Assembly (NCBI GenBank): GCA_016783505.1
Contig: JADHWK010000015.1
Location: 1-47,560 of the forward strand
Reading direction: 5' to 3'
DNA: 47,560 bases
DNA from: Candidatus Zhuqueibacterota bacterium
Lineage (GTDB): Bacteria > BS750m-G25
Shown: positions 38,621 through 46,960 of the stretch, one piece after another
Numbering within the stretch: position 1 is the first letter of the stretch
Layout: every line of letters starts with the position of its first letter
Notes under the pieces: generated by a model
What the model saw: the letters and a program-made list of their open reading frames with translations, nothing else
Databases searched by the model: none
Told to the model about the DNA's origin: nothing
Made by a program: the position numbers and the translations under genes

Positions 38621-39160
38621 GTGGGCTTTAAACACAAAAAGGAAAAGGCGAAAAAGCGATTTTATCGAAATAATGAACAGATCAGGGTGCCCAACGTGCG
38701 TGTAATTGACGAAGACGGCACCCAGGTAGGCATTCTCTCCACCCTGGAGGCCCTGAGTTTGGCCCGGGAAAAGGACCTGGATCTGGTAGAGATCTCCCCC
38801 TTATCCAACCCCCCTGTTTGCAAAATTATGGATTTCGACAAGTTTCGGTACCAGCTCGTCAAGCGGGAGAAGCAGGCTAAGAAAAAGCAACACGTGGTTC
38901 ACGTCAAAGAAATACGTCTAAGCCCCAACATTGAGGCCCATGATTTTGAATTTAAGGTCAAACAGGCCCGCAAGTTTATTGGAGAGGGGAACAAGGTCAA
39001 GTTAAACATGCGGTTTCGGGGTCGTCTCATTACCCATACCGAACTGGGGGTAGAGGTTCTGGACCGGTTTTCTGAGGCGGTTTCGGATATTGCCGAAGTA
39101 GACGGTAAACCTTCTATGGAGGGAAGAAGAAATATGGTGATGGTTCTGGTAAAAAAATAG
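38621..39160 (+). CDS. infC: Translation initiation factor IF-3
   Basis: NEQIRVPNVRVID, LDLVEISP...PPVCKIMD, VKEIRL, FRGR; AGGAGG then GTG. Confidence 0.96.
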   Translation: MGFKHKKEKAKKRFYRNNEQIRVPNVRVIDEDGTQVGILSTLEALSLAREKDLDLVEISPLSNPPVCKIMDFDKFRYQLVKREKQAKKKQHVVHVKEIRLSPNIEAHDFEFKVKQARKFIGEGNKVKLNMRFRGRLITHTELGVEVLDRFSEAVSDIAEVDGKPSMEGRRNMVMVLVKK

Positions 39161-39213
39161 GTCCTCCAGAATTTTATTAATTACAAAACTATTGTATTTT
39201 TCAATATATTTGG

Positions 39214-39336
39214 ATGAAGCTTCGGCTCTATGTTGCGTAAAAGCGTATAACGTTTTGAGCATTTGACATTTGGATTAAGGATTTGTTTCGGATCGGTCAG
39301 GCGCCCGACTGATTTTGATATTCGGATTTCTGATTT
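39214..39336 (+). pseudogene. 3' remnant of a four-helix-bundle cassette (C-terminal codons plus right repeat arm) containing a family A repeat
   Basis: MK/FGSMLRKSV* at 39214..39250; 39248..39293 aligns with 36315..36361; atcggtcaggcgcccgactgat at 39292..39313. Confidence 0.55.
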
Positions 39337-39380
39337 TTAAGATATTAGATGCCAACACAGGAAAGGAGAACGTGGACTAA

Positions 39381-39581
39381 ATGCCAAAGATGAAATCCAA
39401 CCGGGGGGCGGTGAAGCGGTTTTCCCGAACAGGGTCGGGAAAAATCAAGCGGAATAAGGCCTTTGCCAGCCACATTCTGACAAAAAAAACCAGGAAGAGA
39501 AAAAGGGGGTTGCGTCAAGCCACCCTGGTGGCTCCCGCTGATAAGGCCAGGGTAAAAAGCTTGATCGGAAGTGGTCCTTAG
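39381..39581 (+). CDS. rpmI: 50S ribosomal protein L35
   Basis: [22 protein letters not shown]...HILTKK. Confidence 0.97.
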   Translation: MPKMKSNRGAVKRFSRTGSGKIKRNKAFASHILTKKTRKRKRGLRQATLVAPADKARVKSLIGSGP

Positions 39582-39616
39582 TTTGGTGAATCTGAAGAAG
39601 TTTAAGGGAGACGAAT

Positions 39617-39958
39617 ATGCCCAGAGCAATCAGTAAAGTTGCTTCCCACCGAAGGAGGAAAAAGATAATAAAAGCCGCAAAGGGCTATCGGGGCGGGCGG
39701 AAATTATTGCGGTCTGCCAAAGAGACCCTGCACCGGGCCTGGGTCTACCAGTATCGGGATCGGCGCACCAAGCGGCGTCAACTAAGGCGTCTCTGGATTA
39801 CTCGAATTAACGCCGCCGTCAGAAATCACGGCATGTCCTATTCCACCTTTGTAGCGGGACTTAAAGAAAAAAATATCGCCCTGGATCGTAAGATTTTAGC
39901 TGACCTGGCCGTCAGGGATCCAGCCGCCTTTGAAAAAGTGGTACAGTCCGTAAAGTAG
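39617..39958 (+). CDS. rplT: 50S ribosomal protein L20
   Basis: [31 protein letters not shown]. Confidence 0.97.
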   Translation: MPRAISKVASHRRRKKIIKAAKGYRGGRKLLRSAKETLHRAWVYQYRDRRTKRRQLRRLWITRINAAVRNHGMSYSTFVAGLKEKNIALDRKILADLAVRDPAAFEKVVQSVK

Positions 39959-39961
39959 GTC

Positions 39962-40969
39962 ATGGAAAAGAAAATCCAGAACTTCAAAGATTCCTTCAAT
40001 AAAGAAATTGTAGATTTTTCCTCTTGGAACACCCTTGAAGGAATACGCATTCGCTATCTTGGTCGTAAAGGTAGAATAGCGGATCTCTTTAAGCAGCTTT
40101 CCGCCTTACCGCCTGAGAAACGCCGTGCTCCGGGAAAAAGCTTAAATGAGTTAAAGGATTACATTCAGAGTCGTATCTCACAGGAATCCAACCGATTTGC
40201 GGTAAAGAAAGAAAAGAAATTGCCCCTGGATACTTCTTTATCCGGGATCCGCCAGCATACCGGCAAAATTCATCCTTTGACAAAAATTGAAGATGAGATC
40301 AAAGACATCTTTAAAAGAATGGGGTTTGCCGTGGCTACTGGGCCCGAGGTAGAAACGGAGTATTACAACTTTGATGCTCTGAATTTCCCCAAGGATCATC
40401 CGGCCCGGGACATGCAGGACACCTATTATATATCTGACGGGGTGTTGCTCAGGACTCATACTTCGCCGGTGCAAATTCGGGTAATGGAATCCCAGTCGCC
40501 CCCGGTCCGGGTCATCATACCGGGGCGGGTTTATCGGAATGAAGCGATAAGCGCTCGAAGCTATTGTCTATTTCACCAGGTTGAGGGTCTGTATGTGGAT
40601 AAGGGGGTAACCTTTGGCAATCTCAAGGGGACACTGGAAGCCTTTGCCCAGGCCCTTTTTGGTGAGGGAGTCCGGTTACGCTTTCGACCCAGCTACTTTC
40701 CTTTTACAGAGCCCAGTGCGGAAGTGGATATTTCCTGCATATTATGCCAGGGCCGGGGGTGCCGGGTCTGTAAACGGACGGGTTGGCTGGAAATTTTGGG
40801 GGCCGGTATGGTGGACCCAGCCGTATTTTTGGCCGTCGGCTACGATCCCGAAGCCATCTCCGGTTTCGCTTTTGGCCTTGGGGTCGACCGGATCGCCATG
40901 CTTAAACTCGGTATTGATGACATCAGATTATTCTTTGGAAACGATCTCCGGTTTCTGGAACAGTTCTAA
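39962..40969 (+). CDS. pheS: Phenylalanine--tRNA ligase alpha subunit
   Basis: HPARDMQDT, LRTHTSPVQ, FHQVEG, YFPFTEPSAE, GFAFGLG. Confidence 0.98.
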   Translation: MEKKIQNFKDSFNKEIVDFSSWNTLEGIRIRYLGRKGRIADLFKQLSALPPEKRRAPGKSLNELKDYIQSRISQESNRFAVKKEKKLPLDTSLSGIRQHTGKIHPLTKIEDEIKDIFKRMGFAVATGPEVETEYYNFDALNFPKDHPARDMQDTYYISDGVLLRTHTSPVQIRVMESQSPPVRVIIPGRVYRNEAISARSYCLFHQVEGLYVDKGVTFGNLKGTLEAFAQALFGEGVRLRFRPSYFPFTEPSAEVDISCILCQGRGCRVCKRTGWLEILGAGMVDPAVFLAVGYDPEAISGFAFGLGVDRIAMLKLGIDDIRLFFGNDLRFLEQF

Positions 40970-40971
40970 CC

Positions 40972-43017
40972 ATGCGCGTTTCTTTCAATTGGCTAAAACA
41001 ATACGTCCGTTTTGAATTCGCACCCCAGGATTTGGCTCATCGCCTCACCATGCTCGGTCTCGAGGTGACCGGTGTTCAAGCGGTGGGGGATGATTTCGTC
41101 TTTGAAATTGACCTTACCCCCAATCGCCCCGATGCTATGAGTCACCTGGGAATCTCCCGGGAGATCGGGGCCTTGACAGGGCAGAGGGTGAAAAGGCCTG
41201 AAATAATCCCGGTGGGAATGTCAGGTGAAACAGCTCCGTTGATTACCATTCACATCGAGGACGAGGAGGATTGTCCCAGATATGCCGCTCGGCTGATCAA
41301 GGGGGTCACCATAGGCCCTTCACCCCAGTGGATGCAGGATAGGTTGCTGGCGGTGGGAATGCGTCCCATCAATAACGCGGTTGATGCCACCAATTACGTA
41401 ATGCTGGAGACGGGTCAACCCCTACATCCTTTTGATTATAACAGGATTGCCGGGAGCAAGATTGTGGTCCGACGGGCCCATCCCGGGGAGGTATTTGTTA
41501 CCTTGGACGGACAGGCGAGGAATCTGGACTCAGAGACCTTGCTCATCTGTGATAACCAAAAGCCCATCGCCATCGCCGGGGTAATGGGGGGATTAGATTC
41601 TGAAGTATCGGCCGAGACAAAGGATGTGCTGATCGAAAGTGCCTTTTTCAACCCTAAAAATATCCATCGGACCTCGAAAAACTTAGCATTATCCACCGAA
41701 GCGTCACAGCGGTTTGAACGGGGGACCGATCCTAATGGGGTGATCTATGCCCTAAATCGGGCTGCTGAATTGATGGAGGAGTTGGCTGGGGGGGAGGTTG
41801 TCCAGGGCACAATTGACAAATACCCCAAAAGGATTGAGCCCATCAGGGTTAATCTCAGGGCGGCCAGGGTGAACCAACTGTTAGGGTCCTATTTATCAGA
41901 AGGGGAGATCGGCGAAATCCTGCAAAATCTTGAATTTAAGATTGAAAAGAGTAACAATCTAGTAGTGGAAATCCCCACCTTCCGGCCGGACATTCTACGG
42001 GAAGTTGACCTCATTGAGGAGGTGGCCCGCATTTATGGCTACGATCGGATTGAATCCGAACGAACCTCCCAAATTGTGTTGTTTCATAAACCAGACCACC
42101 GGGAGCGGCTTTCTTGGCTAGTACGGGAGGTATTAACCGGGTTAGGACTTTTTGAAGTGGTGACCAACTCATTGACAGATGAGGAAGCCCGGGGGATGGT
42201 CTCAGACTTTAGCCCAGCGGTCACCATTAAAAATCCCCAGAGCCGTCTGATGAGCCATCTCCGCACCAGCCTCGTCCCGGGTCTGTTGCGGGTGATCGCC
42301 CGGAACCAGCATCGCCAGCAGGAGGACATCCGCATCTTTGAGTTAGGTAGGGTTTTTCATCCATCCGAAAATTCTTCCCCCCTCCCCCAGGAACCCACCC
42401 ATCTATCCGGAGCGCTAACGGGTCTAAGCAGTCCCCGGAGCTGGGTCGGAAAATCGGGGATAATTAGCTTTTTTCACCTAAAAGGACTGCTGGAGGAGTT
42501 TTTTTTCAAAATTTTACTTGACAATTACCATTTTTTTTCTTATGATATAAGTGAGCTGGATGACCGGGCCTTGGGGATTAAAACCGACTCTCGGCTGCTG
42601 GGTTACTTCGGTCATGTTCAGCGGCGTGTTTTAGACCGGTTTGACATTGAAGGGGACGTTCTCCTTTTCAATCTATATTTCGACGAAATTCTGGGGTTGA
42701 TAAAATGGGATCGAGTTTACAGACCCGTGCCCCAATATCCATTTGTTCCCCGGGATTTGTCCTTAGTGGTCGCAGAAAAAGTCTCCGCTGAGGATTTGAC
42801 AGGGCTGATTAAAGAGAAGGGGGGAGCTTACCTTAGATCGGTTCAGATTGTGGACCTCTATCGGGGCGAACAAATTCCCCGGAACAAGAAGGGCCTTACC
42901 TTTTCGCTTAAGTTTCAATCGCAGGACGGCACCCTGGACGACCAAGTCGTCAACCAAATTATTGAGGACATCTTGACGGACTGTAGGACGAGTTTCAATG
43001 CACAATTACGTGAATAA
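40972..43017 (+). CDS. pheT: Phenylalanine--tRNA ligase beta subunit (short form)
   Basis: TPNRPD, INNAVDATNYVMLE.GQPLH, RFERG, DLIEEVARIYGYD, FDX-ACB RDLS. Confidence 0.96.
   Translation: MRVSFNWLKQYVRFEFAPQDLAHRLTMLGLEVTGVQAVGDDFVFEIDLTPNRPDAMSHLGISREIGALTGQRVKRPEIIPVGMSGETAPLITIHIEDEEDCPRYAARLIKGVTIGPSPQWMQDRLLAVGMRPINNAVDATNYVMLETGQPLHPFDYNRIAGSKIVVRRAHPGEVFVTLDGQARNLDSETLLICDNQKPIAIAGVMGGLDSEVSAETKDVLIESAFFNPKNIHRTSKNLALSTEASQRFERGTDPNGVIYALNRAAELMEELAGGEVVQGTIDKYPKRIEPIRVNLRAARVNQLLGSYLSEGEIGEILQNLEFKIEKSNNLVVEIPTFRPDILREVDLIEEVARIYGYDRIESERTSQIVLFHKPDHRERLSWLVREVLTGLGLFEVVTNSLTDEEARGMVSDFSPAVTIKNPQSRLMSHLRTSLVPGLLRVIARNQHRQQEDIRIFELGRVFHPSENSSPLPQEPTHLSGALTGLSSPRSWVGKSGIISFFHLKGLLEEFFFKILLDNYHFFSYDISELDDRALGIKTDSRLLGYFGHVQRRVLDRFDIEGDVLLFNLYFDEILGLIKWDRVYRPVPQYPFVPRDLSLVVAEKVSAEDLTGLIKEKGGAYLRSVQIVDLYRGEQIPRNKKGLTFSLKFQSQDGTLDDQVVNQIIEDILTDCRTSFNAQLRE
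42518..42546 (+). promoter_or_regulatory. Internal sigma70 promoter within pheT
   Basis: TTGACA-N17-TATGAT in a T-rich island. Confidence 0.6.
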
Positions 43018-43067
43018 AAATAGGGTCAAATTGGAGAAATGTCGAAAATCAAGAGAAAGGTCACAGA

Positions 43068-43325
43068 ATGCAACTGGAAAATTTTGAACTTTTAGAGGGG
43101 CGAATAACGAAGCTTCTGGAGACTCTTCAAAATCTGCGTTCGGAGAACGAGGAGATCAAAAACCAGTGTCAGGATCTTAGGGTAAGGCTTGAAGAAAAGG
43201 AGAGACATATTCAACAATTAACCGAGGAAAATGAAAAATTGAGAGCTGGGACAGAAATTAGCAATAAGGAGCGGGAGATCAAGGAAAGGGTAGAAAGTCT
43301 GCTGTCAAAATTGGAGGAAATCTAA
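43068..43325 (+). CDS. zapB: ZapB-like coiled-coil cell division protein
   Basis: Short heptad-rich protein directly upstream of zapA. Confidence 0.65.
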   Translation: MQLENFELLEGRITKLLETLQNLRSENEEIKNQCQDLRVRLEEKERHIQQLTEENEKLRAGTEISNKEREIKERVESLLSKLEEI

Positions 43326-43399
43326 AAGAAAAATCTTCGAGGCTAGGGTTCCTTTTGGTGACAAAAAAACAGTTAATACCAAACCTATGGTATTGTTTC

Positions 43400-43690
43400 A
43401 TGGATAATAAAACAACCTTAAAGGTTAACATCTTCGGAACTGAATATCCCATCAAGAGTAATACTGATACCGAATACATCAAACAAGTGGCCGATTTCGT
43501 AGACCGGAAGATGAGGGAAATAGACAAAAATATTTCCGTCAAATCCAGTCTAAAAGTGGCCATTCTGGCGGCCTTAAATATTGCTGATGAACTGTTCCAG
43601 GAGAGGAAGGAAAGAGAAAGACTTGTTGCGGATTTAGAAGATCGAGCCCGGGAGATTTCGGACTCTTTGGCTCAGGTTCTGGAAGAGTAA
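43400..43690 (+). CDS. zapA: Cell division protein ZapA
   Basis: VNIFGTEY.I, VADFVDRKMREI, AILAALNIADEL. Confidence 0.93.
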   Translation: MDNKTTLKVNIFGTEYPIKSNTDTEYIKQVADFVDRKMREIDKNISVKSSLKVAILAALNIADELFQERKERERLVADLEDRAREISDSLAQVLEE

Positions 43691-43692
43691 AA

Positions 43693-43899
43693 GAATCCCC
43701 GCAGCCTGGTTGTGGTAGCCCAAAAAGGAACCAACACTTCAAAAATGGGAGAATCTCTCTAGACGGTAATTGCAGGCCTCAACTCGTCCTCCGGGACGAT
43801 CCTCCCCTAATATAGGGGGCAGGGGAAGCAAGAACCGATTTAGGTGGCTCCCACCGTATATACTACGGTTCTTTTTTGACCACAACCCTGCGGGGATTC
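43693..43899 (+). ncRNA. ssrS: 6S RNA
   Basis: Terminal stem GAATCCCCGCAG/CTGCGGGGATTC, GGTTGTGGT/ACCACAACC, GAACC/GGTTC; zapA-6S-rny synteny. Confidence 0.85.
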
Positions 43900-43954
43900 A
43901 TTATGAGAAGGGATGAATTATGTTACGACAGACAACTTCAGAAAGGGGGATGAA

Positions 43955-45514
43955 ATGAGCGCTTTAATTATTATCGGTGTGGTTTTGGCCGGTGTAGCAA
44001 TCTTTCTGATCGGATGGGTAGCTTCTAATAAAATTGGACAGGGCAAAATTGCCAGTGCAAAACAACTTGCTGCCAAAATTATAGAGGATACCAAAAAGGA
44101 ATCCGAGACTCTAAAAAAAGAAAGGATCCTGGAGGCCCGGGACGAGGTTCATCGGATTAAACAAAAGGTAGAAGAAGAGGTAAGACAAAAGACGGAGGTC
44201 CTGAAACAGGAGGAAAAAAGGTTAAAGCAAAGGGATGAGAACATCCACCGTCGGATGGACCTTTTAGAGAAAAAAGAGAGATCCCTATTAGACAATGAAA
44301 GGGATCTTGAGCAAAGGGAGAAAATCCTGGTGGCCAAGGAGGAAAATCTGACTGATCTGCTCGAAAAAGAGAATAAGATGTTGGAGCGGATTGCTCACAT
44401 AACCGCCGATGAGGCAGTCAATCAACTAAAGGTTAACCTTCTGGATCAGGCCAAAGCCGAGGTGGCCGTGGAAGTAAAAGAGATCAAGGATCGAGCCCGA
44501 CAACTGGCTGATAAGGAAGCCAAGGAGATTGTGGTTTCTGCAATTCAGCGCACCGCTGCTGATCACTCCGTAGAGACGACCGTCTCTGTAGTCAACCTTC
44601 CCAATAACGAGATCAAAGGCCGCATTATTGGCAGGGAGGGACGGAACATTCGCTCGTTTGAGATGGCTACCGGTATTGAACTCATCGTTGACGATACCCC
44701 TGAGGCGGTCATCCTGTCAGGCTTTGATCCTTACCGACGGGAGATCGCTAAGGTTGCCCTGGAAAAACTGATTTTGAATGGTAGAATCCACCCCGGCCGT
44801 ATTGAAGAGGTGGTGGAAAAGACCAAAAAGGAGATGGAAGAAAGCCTGGTTGACGTCGGAGAACAGGCCATGCTGGAAACCGGGGTTCACGGCCTCCACC
44901 AGGAACTGGTCAAACTACTGGGTAAGCTAAAATATCGCACCTCTTATGGTCAAAACGTGCTCCAACACTCCATTGAGGTCGCTTATTTGGCGGGGCTAAT
45001 AGCGGCTGAGCTTCAATTAGACGCTAGGTTGGCCAAGCGTGCGGGTCTTCTCCACGACATCGGCAAGGCCATTGACAAATATACCGAGGGCACCCACACC
45101 CAGATCGGGGTGGATATGTCCCGTAAGTATGGGGAGAACAAAATCATCCAGAACGCCATCGCCGCCCATCACGAGGATGTGGAGCCGACCTCCCTGGTCT
45201 CCATTCTGGTTCAGGCTGCCGATGCCATCTCCGGATCCCGACCTGGGGCCAGAAGAGAAACGGTAGAGGGATATGTAAAGAGACTGGAAAAACTCGAGCA
45301 GTTGGCTGAGTCCTTCAGTGGGGTTTCCAAAACCTACGCCATCCAGGCTGGTCGTGAGATTCGGGTGATGGTGGAGAACGAAGAGGTGGATGACGCCCAG
45401 GCTGAGCAGCTGGCCCATGACATCGCCACCAAAATCAAAGAGGAAATGGAATACCCGGGTCAAATAAGGGTCACCGTAATCCGTGAGTTCCGGGCCATTG
45501 ACTACGCCAAATAA
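43955..45514 (+). CDS. rny: Ribonuclease Y
   Basis: N-terminal TM, coiled coil, [15 protein letters not shown] domain, [10 protein letters not shown] domain, [10 protein letters not shown]. Confidence 0.97.
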   Translation: MSALIIIGVVLAGVAIFLIGWVASNKIGQGKIASAKQLAAKIIEDTKKESETLKKERILEARDEVHRIKQKVEEEVRQKTEVLKQEEKRLKQRDENIHRRMDLLEKKERSLLDNERDLEQREKILVAKEENLTDLLEKENKMLERIAHITADEAVNQLKVNLLDQAKAEVAVEVKEIKDRARQLADKEAKEIVVSAIQRTAADHSVETTVSVVNLPNNEIKGRIIGREGRNIRSFEMATGIELIVDDTPEAVILSGFDPYRREIAKVALEKLILNGRIHPGRIEEVVEKTKKEMEESLVDVGEQAMLETGVHGLHQELVKLLGKLKYRTSYGQNVLQHSIEVAYLAGLIAAELQLDARLAKRAGLLHDIGKAIDKYTEGTHTQIGVDMSRKYGENKIIQNAIAAHHEDVEPTSLVSILVQAADAISGSRPGARRETVEGYVKRLEKLEQLAESFSGVSKTYAIQAGREIRVMVENEEVDDAQAEQLAHDIATKIKEEMEYPGQIRVTVIREFRAIDYAK

Positions 45515-45665
45515 AAACTTAGCCCCTTTGGAGCGCCTGGCCAATCCCAATGTCCAAAGGGGAATTTCTGTGACGTCCGGTCACTCGGGCGGGCCTGTGG
45601 TACAATCCTGAAATTGATGATTTCCCCTTTGCGTGATAATAAATTATCACGTTAGCTCTAAGAAA

Positions 45666-45683
45666 GTCCCGAATCTTCGGGAC
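45666..45683. repeat. Family B hairpin
   Basis: gtcccgaatcttcgggac. Confidence 0.75.
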
Positions 45684-45749
45684 TGATTAAAGTATATTTC
45701 AACATACTTATTTGGTTTGGCTTAGGAATTTATTCCTATCAGTCAGGCG

Positions 45750-45973
45750 GGCCTGTTGCAGAACTTCAATTCAAGCTTCTATTCTCCTAGGGAGGTTTAG
45801 GAATCAAGTTTTTGAAAAAGTTGGTCATAAACCTCTAAATAGGTAACCTCAATAAAAACAATTTTCGGAGTTACCCGTTTACGGGTTTATCTCACAACCA
45901 CCCGGCTAGGGAGAATCCGCAGCGTCGGACTTGAGTCTATTTTTGTAATGTCTGTCAGTTGTGCCACAGAGCC
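45750..45973. mobile_element. MITE-like non-coding element inserted in a family A repeat
   Basis: Imperfect TIRs ggcctgttgcagaact / agttgtgccacagagcc, flanked by the halves atcagtcaggcg and gggcgcccgaccgat. Confidence 0.55.
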
Positions 45974-46041
45974 GGGCGCCCGACCGATTGCGTTTTACGC
46001 AATCTACTAATTTTGATTATAAATAATCCAGGTTAAGAAAA

Positions 46042-46926
46042 ATGATTGCTGAAATCATTGACGGGAAAAAAATTGCTGGGGGGATAAAGAAGGAAGTGAA
46101 CGCTGGGGTATCCCGCTTGAAAGAGAGGGGTATCTCGCCAAAGCTTGTGGCCATTTTAGTAGGCGAGCATCCCGCCTCAGCCACTTACGTCAGAATGAAG
46201 AAAAAGGCCTGTGCCGAGGTGGGAATTCAATCGGAAGTCATCCAATTGCCTGTGGAGACGCCCCAAAATGAATTGAAGAATACTATTCAAAGATTGAACG
46301 CGGATAAGACTGTCCACGGCATCTTGGTTCAATTACCTTTGCCGTCGCCCATAAATACAGGGGAAATACTTCAGTTTGTTTCCCCGGAAAAGGACGTTGA
46401 CGGCTTTCATCCCCTTAATGTGGGTAAAATGATACTGGATGGGGATGGATTTCTACCCTGTACAGCAGCAGGCATCCGGGAACTTCTACTGCGCAGCGGC
46501 CATGCCCCTGATGGAAAACATGTCGTCGTCCTGGGACGCAGCCAGATCGTAGGCCGCCCTTTAGCCCATCTGCTGTCCCAGAAGAAAAAGGGGGCTAACG
46601 CCACCGTTACCCTGTGTCATTCCCAGACCCATTCCATTTCTTTCTTTACTCGGCAAGCGGATATTTTGGTCGCCGCGATGGGAAAACCGGAGTTTATCAC
46701 CGGGGAAATGGTTAAAAAAGGGGCGGTAGTCATTGATGTCGGGGTTAATCGGGTGGCTGATTCCAGCCGGGAGAAGGGTTATCGCTTAGTTGGGGATGTT
46801 CACTTTCCCTCGGTGACAAAGGTAGCCGGGTCTATCACCCCTGTCCCCGGCGGCGTGGGACCCATGACGATCGTCATGCTGCTGAAGAATACCCTCAGGG
46901 CGGCAGAATTATCTGCTGCTGTTTAA
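46042..46926 (+). CDS. folD: Methylenetetrahydrofolate dehydrogenase/cyclohydrolase
   Basis: YVRMKKK, GILVQLPLP, KDVDGFH, GRSQIVGRP, ITPVPGGVGPMT. Confidence 0.98.
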   Translation: MIAEIIDGKKIAGGIKKEVNAGVSRLKERGISPKLVAILVGEHPASATYVRMKKKACAEVGIQSEVIQLPVETPQNELKNTIQRLNADKTVHGILVQLPLPSPINTGEILQFVSPEKDVDGFHPLNVGKMILDGDGFLPCTAAGIRELLLRSGHAPDGKHVVVLGRSQIVGRPLAHLLSQKKKGANATVTLCHSQTHSISFFTRQADILVAAMGKPEFITGEMVKKGAVVIDVGVNRVADSSREKGYRLVGDVHFPSVTKVAGSITPVPGGVGPMTIVMLLKNTLRAAELSAAV

Positions 46927-46960
46927 CCTTTAATAACGTTAGCTTCGGGGCTGTGAAATC

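Noticed and set aside
36183-39336. Diversity-generating retroelement (Avd-like four-helix bundle plus duplicated 3' ends as TR/VR)
   Set aside because: No reverse transcriptase in the window, and mismatches in the duplicated 3' ends are not confined to adenines.
12589-45988. CRISPR array made of the palindromic repeats
   Set aside because: Copies are dispersed kilobases apart with no regular repeat-spacer period, and there are no cas genes.
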